64,000 nt of DNA from Candidatus Dojkabacteria bacterium (GTDB lineage: Bacteria; Patescibacteriota; Dojkabacteria; B142; OLB20), in NCBI GenBank assembly GCA_035444565.1, contig DAOMOX010000004.1, forward strand, positions 12,000 to 75,999, given 5' to 3'. Positions 21,601-30,888 of the stretch are shown here, piece by piece; position 1 is the first letter of the stretch, and every line of letters begins with the position of its first letter. The translations under genes were made by a program, and so were the position numbers. A model generated the notes under the pieces. That model saw nothing but the letters and a program-made list of their open reading frames with translations. It did no database searches and was not told the DNA's origin.

Positions 21601-22073
21601 TTAATTGCCTTTTGTTCATCACCAGCCATTAGATATTTATTAAAATTGCTACCTAGGCAACCGCTTAATGCAATCAAACCTTTTCCATATTTTTCGATTA
21701 ATTCTCTATCCGCTCGAGGTTTATAATAAAAACCTTCCATAAAAGCGTGAGATACTAGTTTTAGGAGATTATGATATCCTTCTTTGTTTTTCGCTAACAG
21801 TGTCAAGTGATATCTTTTATCATCAATTCCTGGTGTTTTATCGAATCTGGTTCTCTCGGCAACGTATATCTCGCAACCAATGATAGGCTTGATTCCTTGG
21901 TAATTGCATTCTTGCCAAAATTCAAATGCTCCATACATCACACCATGATCGGTAAGTGCTGCAGAGTTCATTCCGTAGGATTTTACTTTTCCAACATATG
22001 CAGGAATTTTGGCTACTCCATCCAGTAGTGAATATTCGGAATGTGCATGTAAATGTATGAAATTCTGGCTCAT
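18684..22073 (-). CDS. dnaE: DNA polymerase III alpha subunit
   Basis: PHP domain HLHAHSEYSLLDG, GPGRGSGAGS, PDFDID, KFDFLGL, YGFNKSHS, OB fold. Confidence 0.98.
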   Translation of the reverse strand: MSQNFIHLHAHSEYSLLDGVAKIPAYVGKVKSYGMNSAALTDHGVMYGAFEFWQECNYQGIKPIIGCEIYVAERTRFDKTPGIDDKRYHLTLLAKNKEGYHNLLKLVSHAFMEGFYYKPRADRELIEKYGKGLIALSGCLGSNFNKYLMAGDEQKAIKWIKFLQSSVDDVYIELQRNGIKEAEDLVEKQVEIAKKLKLPYVATCDTHYIEKEDHKVQEIVWCISDGKKLEDPARRQYSSTEFYIKSQDELAKLFPDYPEALENTQKIADSVEKYDILFERVQPKYDLKLSPEKTKDSLRKKVMDSLKNRYSELTKELQERIDYELEIINNKGYNDYFLVVEDYVTWARSQGILVGPGRGSGAGSVVAYILGITDLDPFKFGLIFERFLNPERPSPPDFDIDFQDDRRDELFHYMSKKYGHENTSFIGTFGRLKTKAAIRDVARVMGIDLQIADRLSKMVIVKFGRVHTIQKMRDEVEEFDEIIKGSTQLEELAKYVEKLENIARHVSIHACGYLVTPTPITDYVPIQKEVRGDKLITQVEGHNIEYLGLMKFDFLGLSNLTVIQNTLKKIKQTKNIDLDLSSISLEDKKTYELFQKGDTTGIFQFESEGMKKYLRDLKPTEFEDLVFLNAAYRPGPMKYIPDYILRKRGEQEIDYIHPSLEPILKTTFGFAIYQEQVINIAVEFANYSLGEADMLRRAMGKKKPEVMAKEKELFFERAVKNKRDKKTAEKIFSYLEPFADYGFNKSHSACYSMIAYQTAYLKTHHPLEFLAGLMETDINSIDKLERDLKEAKNMKIKLLPPDINKSHLEFIIEGDKEIRFGMGGVKGVSTKSLENIVEARNKKGEFKNLDDLITKVGTHGLTKKDLENLIKVGALDEFGSRTQLIEVAPIVYTKIQRSEEALKGGQSTLFGISSEETETPATPLPLLPQETDKEKTGWEKELLGIYLSKHPLEAFSDVILLNKFIDLRQAQKMKSGTKIKIIVLISKVKKIYTKKGSKPMAFLDIEDMEGKGGAVVFPDAFEKVNNFLVENRSVFVQASVNFRNDEFSLIVDDMADASDIDKQDQLSIDISREKDKSRLMEIKKAIIQNPGNIKLTIIYGDLGAKKSIERFVRVSPEFITTVKKYIYNE

Positions 22074-22147
22074 AAAACAGAAGAGTATTTTAACCTTGGG
22101 TAAAAAAAGTATACCTAATGAGATACTTTATAATCAAAAAATTCGAA

Positions 22148-22789
22148 TCAAATACTACTTGCAACTTTTAACATATTCTTCGAATGAAGCTCCCAGTTGT
22201 GTTGTCCGTATGCTCTTGATAGTGCAACAAAATCCCAACCATATCGTGCAGCATATTGCCTAGAAACTTTTGGTACTAAATCTTTAAACGCAACTTCATA
22301 TGAAGGATATTTCCTTCCATTTAAATAACCAAAACAATTATATGCGAATGATTGTCTACACGAACCCGATTCTATAGTCATAATAGCTAACAAAACACGA
22401 TAGTCGGCATTGTTTTGATCAGAAAGATCTACAATAATTGTAGCAATTTCTTCATTTGCTACAGGTGAATTTACTCTTTTAAGGTAAGCGAGTGTACGAT
22501 TTACTTTCTCTTCAAGTTCTTTCCTTCTCGCTTCAACCTTGGCTTGTTCCTCTTGAAATTGGTTAAGGCTCTCCTGAGCTTCAATATAGATTTCTCTTTC
22601 AGGCTTAGGAATATACGTTTTTGTTACTGGAGAGTTAAAATTATAGTTATATAGGTGAATGTTATCTGCATTGGCAGTGTTTTTTTCGGGTATAAATGCG
22701 AATGAAATTGTCGAAATTAATATTGCAAAGACAATAAAATATCGCCCAAGAATTGAAAGTCTAACGTTTGTATTTCTATTTATTTTCAC
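22148..22789 (-). CDS. membrane-anchored lysozyme-like (lytic transglycosylase/glucosaminidase-like) protein
   Basis: TM plus coiled coil, then DYRVLLAIMTIESG...NCFGY (AI..xES motif of the lysozyme fold). Confidence 0.6.
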   Translation of the reverse strand: MKINRNTNVRLSILGRYFIVFAILISTISFAFIPEKNTANADNIHLYNYNFNSPVTKTYIPKPEREIYIEAQESLNQFQEEQAKVEARRKELEEKVNRTLAYLKRVNSPVANEEIATIIVDLSDQNNADYRVLLAIMTIESGSCRQSFAYNCFGYLNGRKYPSYEVAFKDLVPKVSRQYAARYGWDFVALSRAYGQHNWELHSKNMLKVASSI

Positions 22790-22925
22790 TTAGATAGGCA
22801 ATAAGTCAAAACACTAAAATCATACTAAATATTGCGATTAAACAATATATCAGATATGAATTTTACTTGCAATTCCACGTATAGTAAGGAATAATGGTTT
22901 GTTATTCATTTTTTAAATTTTATTA

Positions 22926-23804
22926 ATGAAAGTAAATACAGCAATTATTACTGCCGCGGGATTTGGTACAAGATTTCTACCTATTGTAAAGGAAATTCCG
23001 AAAGAGATGTTACCCATTGTTGATAAACCAATTATTCAATATGTAGTTGAAGAATGTCTAGATGCAGGTATTGAGAAAATCATTATCGTAGTTAGAGAGG
23101 GAAATAATGTAATAAAAAACTACTTCAATAAATCTGTACCAGAGGTGAGAGACTTACTAGCGAGTGTTGGCAAGGAAAAAAGATTTCAAGAAGTTGAAAG
23201 ATTAATGACTTACGAAGGAATTGAAATTATTACTCAGAGAACTGATCTCCCATACGGAAACGGTTCTCCAGTTTTATCGGCAATGCCATATATTGAGAAA
23301 GATAGACCTTTCGCAGTACTATTTGCAGATGATTTGATACTTTCAAGGGGTAAAAGCGGAATTGCGCAACTGCTCGAATATTTTGAGAATTCGGATGTAG
23401 ATGGCGTAATTAGTGCTCAGTCTGTCGAACACAGCAAGGTAAATAAATATGGGATTATCAAAGCGAAAGACGTAATCGATGACCATCATGGTCAGGTGGA
23501 TTTTATTGTTGAGAAACCTGAACCAGAGAATGCACCTAGTGATTTAGTCACTTATGGAAGATATGTCTTACCATACAGAGCTATGGATCTTCTAGCCGAG
23601 GTTCACACAGGTTTAGACAATGAATTGTGGTTGCCAGATGTTAATCATCAAATCGCACAAACCGGAAAACTTATGTATAAGGTGATTGATGGAGATTGGT
23701 ACACTACTGGAGATCCTTCGAATTACTTTGAAGCATTGACAAGATTTTATCTTGCAAATGATGAATATAAGGATAAAGTTAAGTCTTTCTTAGAGAATTT
23801 GTAA
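22926..23804 (+). CDS. galU: UTP--glucose-1-phosphate uridylyltransferase
   Basis: AAGFGTRFLP..K.IPKEMLPIVDKPIIQYVVEE, VEKP...APS, GRYVL. Confidence 0.88.
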   Translation: MKVNTAIITAAGFGTRFLPIVKEIPKEMLPIVDKPIIQYVVEECLDAGIEKIIIVVREGNNVIKNYFNKSVPEVRDLLASVGKEKRFQEVERLMTYEGIEIITQRTDLPYGNGSPVLSAMPYIEKDRPFAVLFADDLILSRGKSGIAQLLEYFENSDVDGVISAQSVEHSKVNKYGIIKAKDVIDDHHGQVDFIVEKPEPENAPSDLVTYGRYVLPYRAMDLLAEVHTGLDNELWLPDVNHQIAQTGKLMYKVIDGDWYTTGDPSNYFEALTRFYLANDEYKDKVKSFLENL

Positions 23805-23814
23805 CTTAGAATGT

Positions 23815-24981
23815 TTAGAGGAGTTTTTTAATTTCTTCGACAATGTTTTTAGTTGCGTCTAATTTGATGTAGCTTTTTGACTTCTCTCTGGCTGAACTGA
23901 GACTATTACCCAGTAAATCTTCGTTTTTATTATACGCATTTAAGACTTTATTGAGTGCATTAAAGATTTCAATAGGTGGCATTTCATCATACTGTTCAAT
24001 TACCAATCCTAAGCCCGTCTCCTCAAGCATTTTCGCATTTTTTAACTGTTCGTTATTCGATGCCCAGGGAATGGGGATCAAAACACTTAATTTTCCATGT
24101 AAAAGAAGCTCTGAAACAGCATTCGCACCTGCTCGAGATAAAACTATGTCTGCTGAATTTAAATAATTTGCATATTCTTCAAAGTAAGCATTTTCTTTTA
24201 CGACATATCTATTTGCGAGTTCGTTCCCAAGCTTTGACTTTGTTTCAATTGCCTTCCGATAATCATGCGTCAAAGTCGAGTTTCCTGTTAAGTGGACAAC
24301 GTTGGTAATTTTTAATAAGTCGGGAAGTATTTTTAAGAGTCTCCAGTTAATTGTGTTTGATCCTTGATTCCCTCCCACTACTAAGAGAAAAGGTAAATCA
24401 TTTTGGAAATACTTTGTTTTATGTGTTTTTGGGAATAGTTCTTCTCTTATAGGAAGACCGGTGTAAACTGACTTCTCTTTAGGAAAAAATTTGAGAGAAT
24501 TCTCCCAAGAGACACATACTGTATTAGCAAATTTTGAGATGAGTTTATTTGTGAGTCCAAGAACTACTGTTTGTTCGTGAGTAATGGATTTTATACCAAT
24601 CATCTTTGCGATAAATACAACTGGAAGAGCCAAATGGCCGCCAAATGAAACGACAATTGCTGGTTTGTGTTTGGTTAATACTTGTAGTGACTTAATGAAA
24701 CCATAAGGAATTAAAATCAGGTTTTGTAGAGCCGGGATTATAGTTCTGAGCGTATATTTACGCCATAGTTTCCCCGCTTTTAAAGTAATAAAGGGAGTAT
24801 TGGTTTTCTGAACGATTTGATATTCCAGGCTTACATTTTTATTTCTGGTTTGAGCATATTTCGTCCCAATCCAAATAATATCATCAAAACCTTGGGCCTT
24901 TAATTCATTGAGTACTGCGAGAGCAGGAGTTAGATGTCCCCCAATTATCGCTATCTTTTTATTTTGAATTTCTTTTCTCAT
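23815..24981 (-). CDS. murG: UDP-GlcNAc:lipid I N-acetylglucosaminyltransferase MurG
   Basis: GGHLTPA, SFGGH, HEQ, TGLPIR, GGNQGS, SRAGANAVSE, EQLKNA; clustered with ftsW. Confidence 0.93.
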   Translation of the reverse strand: MRKEIQNKKIAIIGGHLTPALAVLNELKAQGFDDIIWIGTKYAQTRNKNVSLEYQIVQKTNTPFITLKAGKLWRKYTLRTIIPALQNLILIPYGFIKSLQVLTKHKPAIVVSFGGHLALPVVFIAKMIGIKSITHEQTVVLGLTNKLISKFANTVCVSWENSLKFFPKEKSVYTGLPIREELFPKTHKTKYFQNDLPFLLVVGGNQGSNTINWRLLKILPDLLKITNVVHLTGNSTLTHDYRKAIETKSKLGNELANRYVVKENAYFEEYANYLNSADIVLSRAGANAVSELLLHGKLSVLIPIPWASNNEQLKNAKMLEETGLGLVIEQYDEMPPIEIFNALNKVLNAYNKNEDLLGNSLSSAREKSKSYIKLDATKNIVEEIKKLL

Positions 24982-25609
24982 TGATTTTATTTGATAGCAT
25001 TATAAATGAAATATGCATCAATAGGTTAATTATAATTACAAGTACGAAAACCTCGAAAAACAATTCCTGCGGAAAAAATTTGATTAAGTTTGAAGATTCT
25101 GGGTTTAACAACCAATAATCGTTTTGAAAAGCGACCTTGTGAGCAAGTGTGAAGAAAAAATCGAAATCCAAGTAGATTATGAAACTAATAATGATGGAAA
25201 GAGATATATAGATTATGCTAAGTCTTCTTACCAGATTAAAATTTATTTTAACTTTTTTGTTTTTGTAAATTCCATATACAGAAATAAGTGAAATTACATA
25301 TACAAAATAAATTCCTGTGAGAATATTTTCCACATCGTATAAATGGAGAATATCTTCGTTAGAATAAAAATTAATGTCTAATTCATCTGAGAAAGGCGAT
25401 AAGTTCAAAAGTAGGCTCCTGAATTTTTCATTTACTACTTCTTTATCTATTGAACTATCTTTAAATTCTCCATACACACCATAATCCTCAAATCTATAAA
25501 TGTAATAATGCGATGCGTTAGCAAAGAATATTAATGGTGTAAGCAGAAATATTATTCCAATTAATAAAGAAAATATGTAGGTGTTTAATCGAATATGTTT
25601 GTTATCCAT
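24959..25609 (-). CDS. DUF1461/TIGR01906-like integral membrane protein
   Basis: E..HL.DV motif and F..FF..AH..AF.ND.WLLNP....LI..FP motif; 4 TM. Confidence 0.75.
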   Translation of the reverse strand: MDNKHIRLNTYIFSLLIGIIFLLTPLIFFANASHYYIYRFEDYGVYGEFKDSSIDKEVVNEKFRSLLLNLSPFSDELDINFYSNEDILHLYDVENILTGIYFVYVISLISVYGIYKNKKVKINFNLVRRLSIIYISLSIIISFIIYLDFDFFFTLAHKVAFQNDYWLLNPESSNLIKFFPQELFFEVFVLVIIINLLMHISFIMLSNKINEKRNSK

Positions 25610-26877
25610 TTTTTAGGGTTGATTTGCGAAAGTTTTGAAGATTTCTGACCTCTTCGTTTACTCCTTACTTCTTTTACTCTATTGCTGACTACTCTTTTCT
25701 TCCCATCTTTATTTGATCTACTAATATTTAATAATAGTCCAATGGCTGTTAAATTAACTATCGTGGAACTTCCACCATAACTTATAAATGGTAATGTGTT
25801 TCCATTTATTGGAATGAGGGCTACATTAGAAGCAATGTGTAGAGTAGCCTGTATTGTTATCCATATTGTGATGGATGTAGCAAGTAAGAAGCCGAGTTTG
25901 TCCGGGGCTCTTTTCGCAATTACAAATCCGCGATAAAGTAAAAAAAAGAAGCCAGAAATTAATATAACAGAACCAAGAAAACCGAATTCTTCAGCAAAAA
26001 TTGCGAAGATTGTATCACTAAAGGCAGTATCTCCAAGATAGTGAAATTTTTGACGCGATTCTCCAAATCCTACCCCCATAAGTCCTCCAGATGACACTGC
26101 AACTAAAATTTGTTTTAATTGATAACCCGCACCATAAGGGTCTTGAATTGTAGAATTAACCCAAAAGTCTTTCCAGTTAATGAATCTTTCAAGTCGATAC
26201 GAAGCAGTTTGAGTTGCAATTCCAAACAATGTCATGATAAGCATGAAAATCGAACCTGAACCAAGCAAGTGCAACAAATCGTTGCCAGCAATAAAGTATA
26301 CAAGAACGCTTGTAGCACCTAAGATTATAGTAGTATCAAGGTCAGGTTCTAAAAGAATTAGAAATGAAACAACCGATAACAATAACAAAAACGGCAAAAG
26401 GTCTTTGATAAAATGATTTTTAATATTTTCTTTTGTGATACGGCTAGATTCTTTTCTACTTGCAAGCCAGGAAGATAGATAAATCAAGAAAACTAGTTTG
26501 GCAATTTCGGAGGGTTGTATGTCGAAGAATCCTAGGTCAATCCATCGTTTGATTGGACTACCAATGTTAATGACCAGTACCGATATTAATAATATAATTG
26601 CGGCTCCTAGAAGAAATGGCGCTAGTTTGGGTAATATTCTGTAATTTATTCTATATGCGACATATCCGGTAAAGAGTCCAATCGCAATCCAAATAATCTG
26701 TCTTATGAAATAATGCTGTGGTTCAAAGCCTTGTTTCGTGGCGACGATAACACTTCCACTGTATACCATTACAGAGCCAAAAGCTGTAAGTAAACTAACT
26801 GTTGAAAAAAGTGGGAAATCAAGATGTTTGTTAACGGTTTTTTCTCTCCTAAATGAAAGCATTTTAGTTAAGTGCAA
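25585..26877 (-). CDS. ftsW: SEDS-family cell division protein FtsW
   Basis: GSVMVYSGS, RWIDLG...QPSEIAK, EPDL, G.GFGESRQKF.YL, LPFISYGGSS; upstream of murG. Confidence 0.92.
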   Translation of the reverse strand: MHLTKMLSFRREKTVNKHLDFPLFSTVSLLTAFGSVMVYSGSVIVATKQGFEPQHYFIRQIIWIAIGLFTGYVAYRINYRILPKLAPFLLGAAIILLISVLVINIGSPIKRWIDLGFFDIQPSEIAKLVFLIYLSSWLASRKESSRITKENIKNHFIKDLLPFLLLLSVVSFLILLEPDLDTTIILGATSVLVYFIAGNDLLHLLGSGSIFMLIMTLFGIATQTASYRLERFINWKDFWVNSTIQDPYGAGYQLKQILVAVSSGGLMGVGFGESRQKFHYLGDTAFSDTIFAIFAEEFGFLGSVILISGFFFLLYRGFVIAKRAPDKLGFLLATSITIWITIQATLHIASNVALIPINGNTLPFISYGGSSTIVNLTAIGLLLNISRSNKDGKKRVVSNRVKEVRSKRRGQKSSKLSQINPKKWITNIFD

Positions 26878-26925
26878 TTATTAACTATAAATATACTATA
26901 ATATCCTACCAAATATTGATTTCTT

Positions 26926-27171
26926 ATGGTAACAATTGATCCCGCAATAAATATTTCAGAGTTAGCGCTCAGATATCCTGAAGTTGTTGATTTCCTTATA
27001 TATGAATATGGGTTTCACTGCATTGGTTGCTTTGTGTCAGAGTTCGAAAGCCTCGAAGAAGGAGCCAGCGTGCACGGAATTATAGGTGAAGATTTTGACA
27101 ATATGATGAAACAAATCGAAGAAATCATAAACAAGAAAGATCAAAAATCAGATTCTTCTGTTTCCTCATAA
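26926..27171 (+). CDS. DUF1858 domain protein
   Basis: YPEVVDFL...GFHCIGC.....ESLEEGASVHG. Confidence 0.85.
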   Translation: MVTIDPAINISELALRYPEVVDFLIYEYGFHCIGCFVSEFESLEEGASVHGIIGEDFDNMMKQIEEIINKKDQKSDSSVSS

Positions 27172-27362
27172 GTCGCTTTGATTTCTTTTATTTTTAACTC
27201 GATTGAAGTTAGTTCTTTTTTAATCTCCACTGCTAATTTCGAGGCTTCCTCGTATTTCTTAACAGCTTCATCTAAATCCAGGTCGTCTTGATTTGTGAAG
27301 AAATTACTTAGCTTCTCTAATTTATTTATCTTCTCTTGTAATGTAGGTTTTTTATTTGGCAT
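27141..27362 (-). CDS. xseB: exodeoxyribonuclease VII small subunit
   Basis: LE...LDLDEAVKKYEEA..L.....L...ELKI; follows xseA. Confidence 0.88.
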   Translation of the reverse strand: MPNKKPTLQEKINKLEKLSNFFTNQDDLDLDEAVKKYEEASKLAVEIKKELTSIELKIKEIKATYEETEESDF

Positions 27363-27381
27363 TTATGAATATTTAATTAAT

Positions 27382-28638
27382 TTATATTACTTTTGTATTG
27401 AGATTGCCATCACGAACTTTTAGGGTAAGTAAATCGTTTGTCTTGGTACCTTTCACACTCGTGATGATATTTCCTTTTGAATTTTTAATAATCGCATAAC
27501 CTTTTTGAACTATTTTCTCGGGATTAAGATTTTCAATTGTACTTTGCATGTGCAATACGTCATTTAGCAACTGTGTGATTCTGTAACTGAAATTTGATAA
27601 TTCGTGAGTGCTCTTCTCTAAAGTGTTTTGGAAATTCGAAATATTTATAAAAATTTTTGATTCAAAATCTACATCATAGCTACTAACCTGATATTTGTAA
27701 TTGTTTAATATCAAAAGAACTTTCTCGAATATATTTATTCCGGAAATTTTATTTATATTTAGATTGATAATTTCTTGGATTTGCAAATAAATCTGGTCTG
27801 CTTGTAGTTCTATACTTTTAATAAAATTTGTGTGGTTCACAACGATATAGTAAGCAGCTTGTGAAGGTGTTGAAGCTCTAACATCCGAGACAAGCTCAGC
27901 GATGGATTCATCTCTTTCATGCCCTACTGCAACTAGTGTGGGGGTTTTGCTTGCAAAAATTGCTTTAGAAATCTTTTCGTCATTAAACGAACTCAGGTCC
28001 TCCAGGCTACCTCCTCCACGAATCATAACAATACAGTCGTAACCTTTATTTTGAGCAATTTGTAGCGCAGAGAGTATTTCACCTACCGAATGTTTTCCTT
28101 GTACTGAAACCGGATAAAAATCAATACTAATACCCGTATTATTCTCCTTAAGTATCTTAAGAAAATCGCTTTCTGCGGCAGAACTTTTTGCTGTTATTAA
28201 AGCAATGTTTTTTATGAGTGCTGGAAGTGGTCTTTTTCGTGTTGGATCGAATAGTCCTTCTTTTTCTAATTGGTCTTTAAGTAACTCAAGTGCTTTTGCA
28301 AGTGCTCCTGCCCCAATAGGTAATATCTTATATATTGATACACTGAATTTCCCGTAAGGAGAATAAAGTTGTGGAACACCCCAGATGGCTACCTCCATTC
28401 CAATTTCTATCATATTGATTCCTTGGATTCTTGGGGCGTATCCGCTGACGTTCAATATTGCCTGTTTATATTTGTCTTTTAGGACAAGATTTACACCACC
28501 ACGTTTAGAGATGTTCATTTCGGTAATTTCGCCTTCAACAATTACCTCACCTATAGATTGTAGTTGCAGATTTATTAGCTCGTTGAACTGATCAACGCTG
28601 ACTCTGATACTCTCTGAAAATAAGCTTTGTTGTGACAT
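27382..28638 (-). CDS. xseA: exodeoxyribonuclease VII large subunit
   Basis: VEGEI OB fold, EGLFD..RKRPLP, RGGGSLEDL..FNDE, AVGHE.D, TPSQAA. Confidence 0.95.
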   Translation of the reverse strand: MSQQSLFSESIRVSVDQFNELINLQLQSIGEVIVEGEITEMNISKRGGVNLVLKDKYKQAILNVSGYAPRIQGINMIEIGMEVAIWGVPQLYSPYGKFSVSIYKILPIGAGALAKALELLKDQLEKEGLFDPTRKRPLPALIKNIALITAKSSAAESDFLKILKENNTGISIDFYPVSVQGKHSVGEILSALQIAQNKGYDCIVMIRGGGSLEDLSSFNDEKISKAIFASKTPTLVAVGHERDESIAELVSDVRASTPSQAAYYIVVNHTNFIKSIELQADQIYLQIQEIINLNINKISGINIFEKVLLILNNYKYQVSSYDVDFESKIFINISNFQNTLEKSTHELSNFSYRITQLLNDVLHMQSTIENLNPEKIVQKGYAIIKNSKGNIITSVKGTKTNDLLTLKVRDGNLNTKVI

Positions 28639-28724
28639 ACTTGTAATATGACTAGATTCTATTATAATCTAGGGTAACTTTTAATAAAAAGTACTTCTCT
28701 CTCTTTAGTTATTAATTATACTCC

Positions 28725-30842
28725 ATGACAATTGAAGAAAAACTAAATTTAGTTATAAAAGGTTTCTCAAATTTACATGTAGAACAGAAATACAAAGACA
28801 GCGCATTGAAACACATTGAACATTGGTTAACTAATGAGGATTTTATTGATTATCAGCCCCAAATTGACTATTTAATCGAATCTGAAAAGTGGGACTTATT
28901 GCTTGATGCGTTCTACCAAATAATTCCATTTGGAACAGGAGGTAGACGGGGACCTGTTGGAGTTGGACCAAATAGAATAAATGTTTGGACCATTCAGGCT
29001 TCCGCACAAGGTCATAGTCAATATTTACTAAAACAATTCGGAGAAGAAGCAAAAGAAAGAGGAATTGTAATTTCGTATGATGTTAGAGCATATCTTAAAG
29101 AAGGTGAATATGATGACAAAAGGCCAAATCCTGTAAAAGGATTAAGTTGCAAAGATCTAGCCAAAAAAGCGTCAGAGGTATATAGCGCAAATGGAATAAA
29201 AGTTTTTCTATTTAGTGATTACACTCCTACACCTGAACTTTCTTTTATGGTTAGAAATTTAAATGCAGTTTCAGGGAATATGATAAGTGCAAGTCATAAT
29301 CCACCAGAGCATAATGGTCAAAAAGTATTTAATGATACTGGGGGCCAACTTATTCCTCCTTACGATCAAGAATTAGTGGATACTGTAGTAAACGAAGTGA
29401 GGGAAATCAAATCAATGGATTTTCAGGAAGCAATTGATAAAAGACTTGTGGTATATGTCTCGGAAAAAGATCATCGTAAGTATTTGGACGCGGTTAAAGA
29501 GATTTCTCTGAATCACAAATATAGAGGCATTAAAATATTTTACAGTCCATTTCACGGGACAGCATACAAAATCATCCCTCAAGTTTTTCGTGAATTAGGA
29601 TTTCATGTTACCTCTGATAATATCTCAAGTGAACCCGATCCTAGATTTTCTAGCATTACCTTCAATATTCCTAACCCAGAAGTACAAGAATCTTTCCTTA
29701 ATTTAGTTCCTTCTGCTGATGGAAGCGAATCAGATATTATATTAGCATCTGATCCAGACGCAGATCGAATAGGGATAATGTCCAAAGAAAAAGATAACTG
29801 GAAATTCTATAATGGAAATGAAATTGGAGTATTAATTACAGATTATCTACTTTCAGAACTCAAAGCCAATAATAAATTAAAACCAACTAATATCTTATTA
29901 AAAACAGTTGTTACAACAAATTTGATAACTGTTTTAGCTGAAAGATATGGTGTGAAAATCACAGGTGATTTGCTCGTAGGGTTTAAATATATCGGAGAGA
30001 TAATGGATAATTTGCAAGTTTCTGGGAAAATTTCGGATTTCTTACTTGGTGTAGAAGAAAGTCATGGATACACTGCCGGTAATTATATCCGTGAAAAAGA
30101 TGCATTGGTTGCAGGTATCCTACTTTCCGAATTAGCATCGAAATTAAAAGGTGAAGGTAAAACGTTGGCTCAATATTTGGATCAAATTTATGAAGAAAAT
30201 GGATATTTCTTAAACTACCTTACAGAGATAAGGCTTCCTGGTGCCGAGGGAATGTCTTCAATTGCTAAAATCCAGAACAATTTAAGAGAGGAAAGACCCA
30301 TCAAAATCGGAGAATTCGAAGTTGAAAAATTAACCGATAGATGGGATGGTGAAGATTTTGTTTCTGCAACAGATAAAGAATCTAGAAACGTATTGATAAT
30401 TAATTTTAAAACAGACGAAAACTACCATCAACTACAAGCAATTGTTAGACCTTCGGGAACTGAACCTAAGCTTAAGACGTATTTCGAAATCGGGGTAAAG
30501 GCAAACCCTGATAAATCTCTAGAGGAGCTAAAGGCTATGGCGGAAGAAATGCGAGAAAGATTAGAAAAAGCTGTTTTGAAATACTGTTATAAGATTATCG
30601 GGATTGATTTTCCTGATAGAGGTTTCTTGCTCTTTTGGCAACTTCCTGCTTGGGATAAATTAAAGTACTTCGAAGTCGAGCCTAAAATTGCAGAACTAAA
30701 GTCAATCCAAGATCCATTTAGAAGAAAGGCTGAATTAGACAAGTTACTTACCTTCCTTGGAGCAGATCCTGTAAAGAAAATTGACAAAGCCTTCATTGCC
30801 AAATATCAAACAGGGGTTATTGATTATCTAGACCTAAGTTAA
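28725..30842 (+). CDS. phosphohexomutase (phosphoglucomutase/phosphomannomutase) with C-terminal extension
   Basis: FGTGGRRG, SASHNP, DPDADR, EESHG, RPSGTEPK. Confidence 0.93.
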   Translation: MTIEEKLNLVIKGFSNLHVEQKYKDSALKHIEHWLTNEDFIDYQPQIDYLIESEKWDLLLDAFYQIIPFGTGGRRGPVGVGPNRINVWTIQASAQGHSQYLLKQFGEEAKERGIVISYDVRAYLKEGEYDDKRPNPVKGLSCKDLAKKASEVYSANGIKVFLFSDYTPTPELSFMVRNLNAVSGNMISASHNPPEHNGQKVFNDTGGQLIPPYDQELVDTVVNEVREIKSMDFQEAIDKRLVVYVSEKDHRKYLDAVKEISLNHKYRGIKIFYSPFHGTAYKIIPQVFRELGFHVTSDNISSEPDPRFSSITFNIPNPEVQESFLNLVPSADGSESDIILASDPDADRIGIMSKEKDNWKFYNGNEIGVLITDYLLSELKANNKLKPTNILLKTVVTTNLITVLAERYGVKITGDLLVGFKYIGEIMDNLQVSGKISDFLLGVEESHGYTAGNYIREKDALVAGILLSELASKLKGEGKTLAQYLDQIYEENGYFLNYLTEIRLPGAEGMSSIAKIQNNLREERPIKIGEFEVEKLTDRWDGEDFVSATDKESRNVLIINFKTDENYHQLQAIVRPSGTEPKLKTYFEIGVKANPDKSLEELKAMAEEMRERLEKAVLKYCYKIIGIDFPDRGFLLFWQLPAWDKLKYFEVEPKIAELKSIQDPFRRKAELDKLLTFLGADPVKKIDKAFIAKYQTGVIDYLDLS

Positions 30843-30888
30843 ATAGGTGTATATTGTAAATTGACAATATACAAAACTGGCTTATGCT

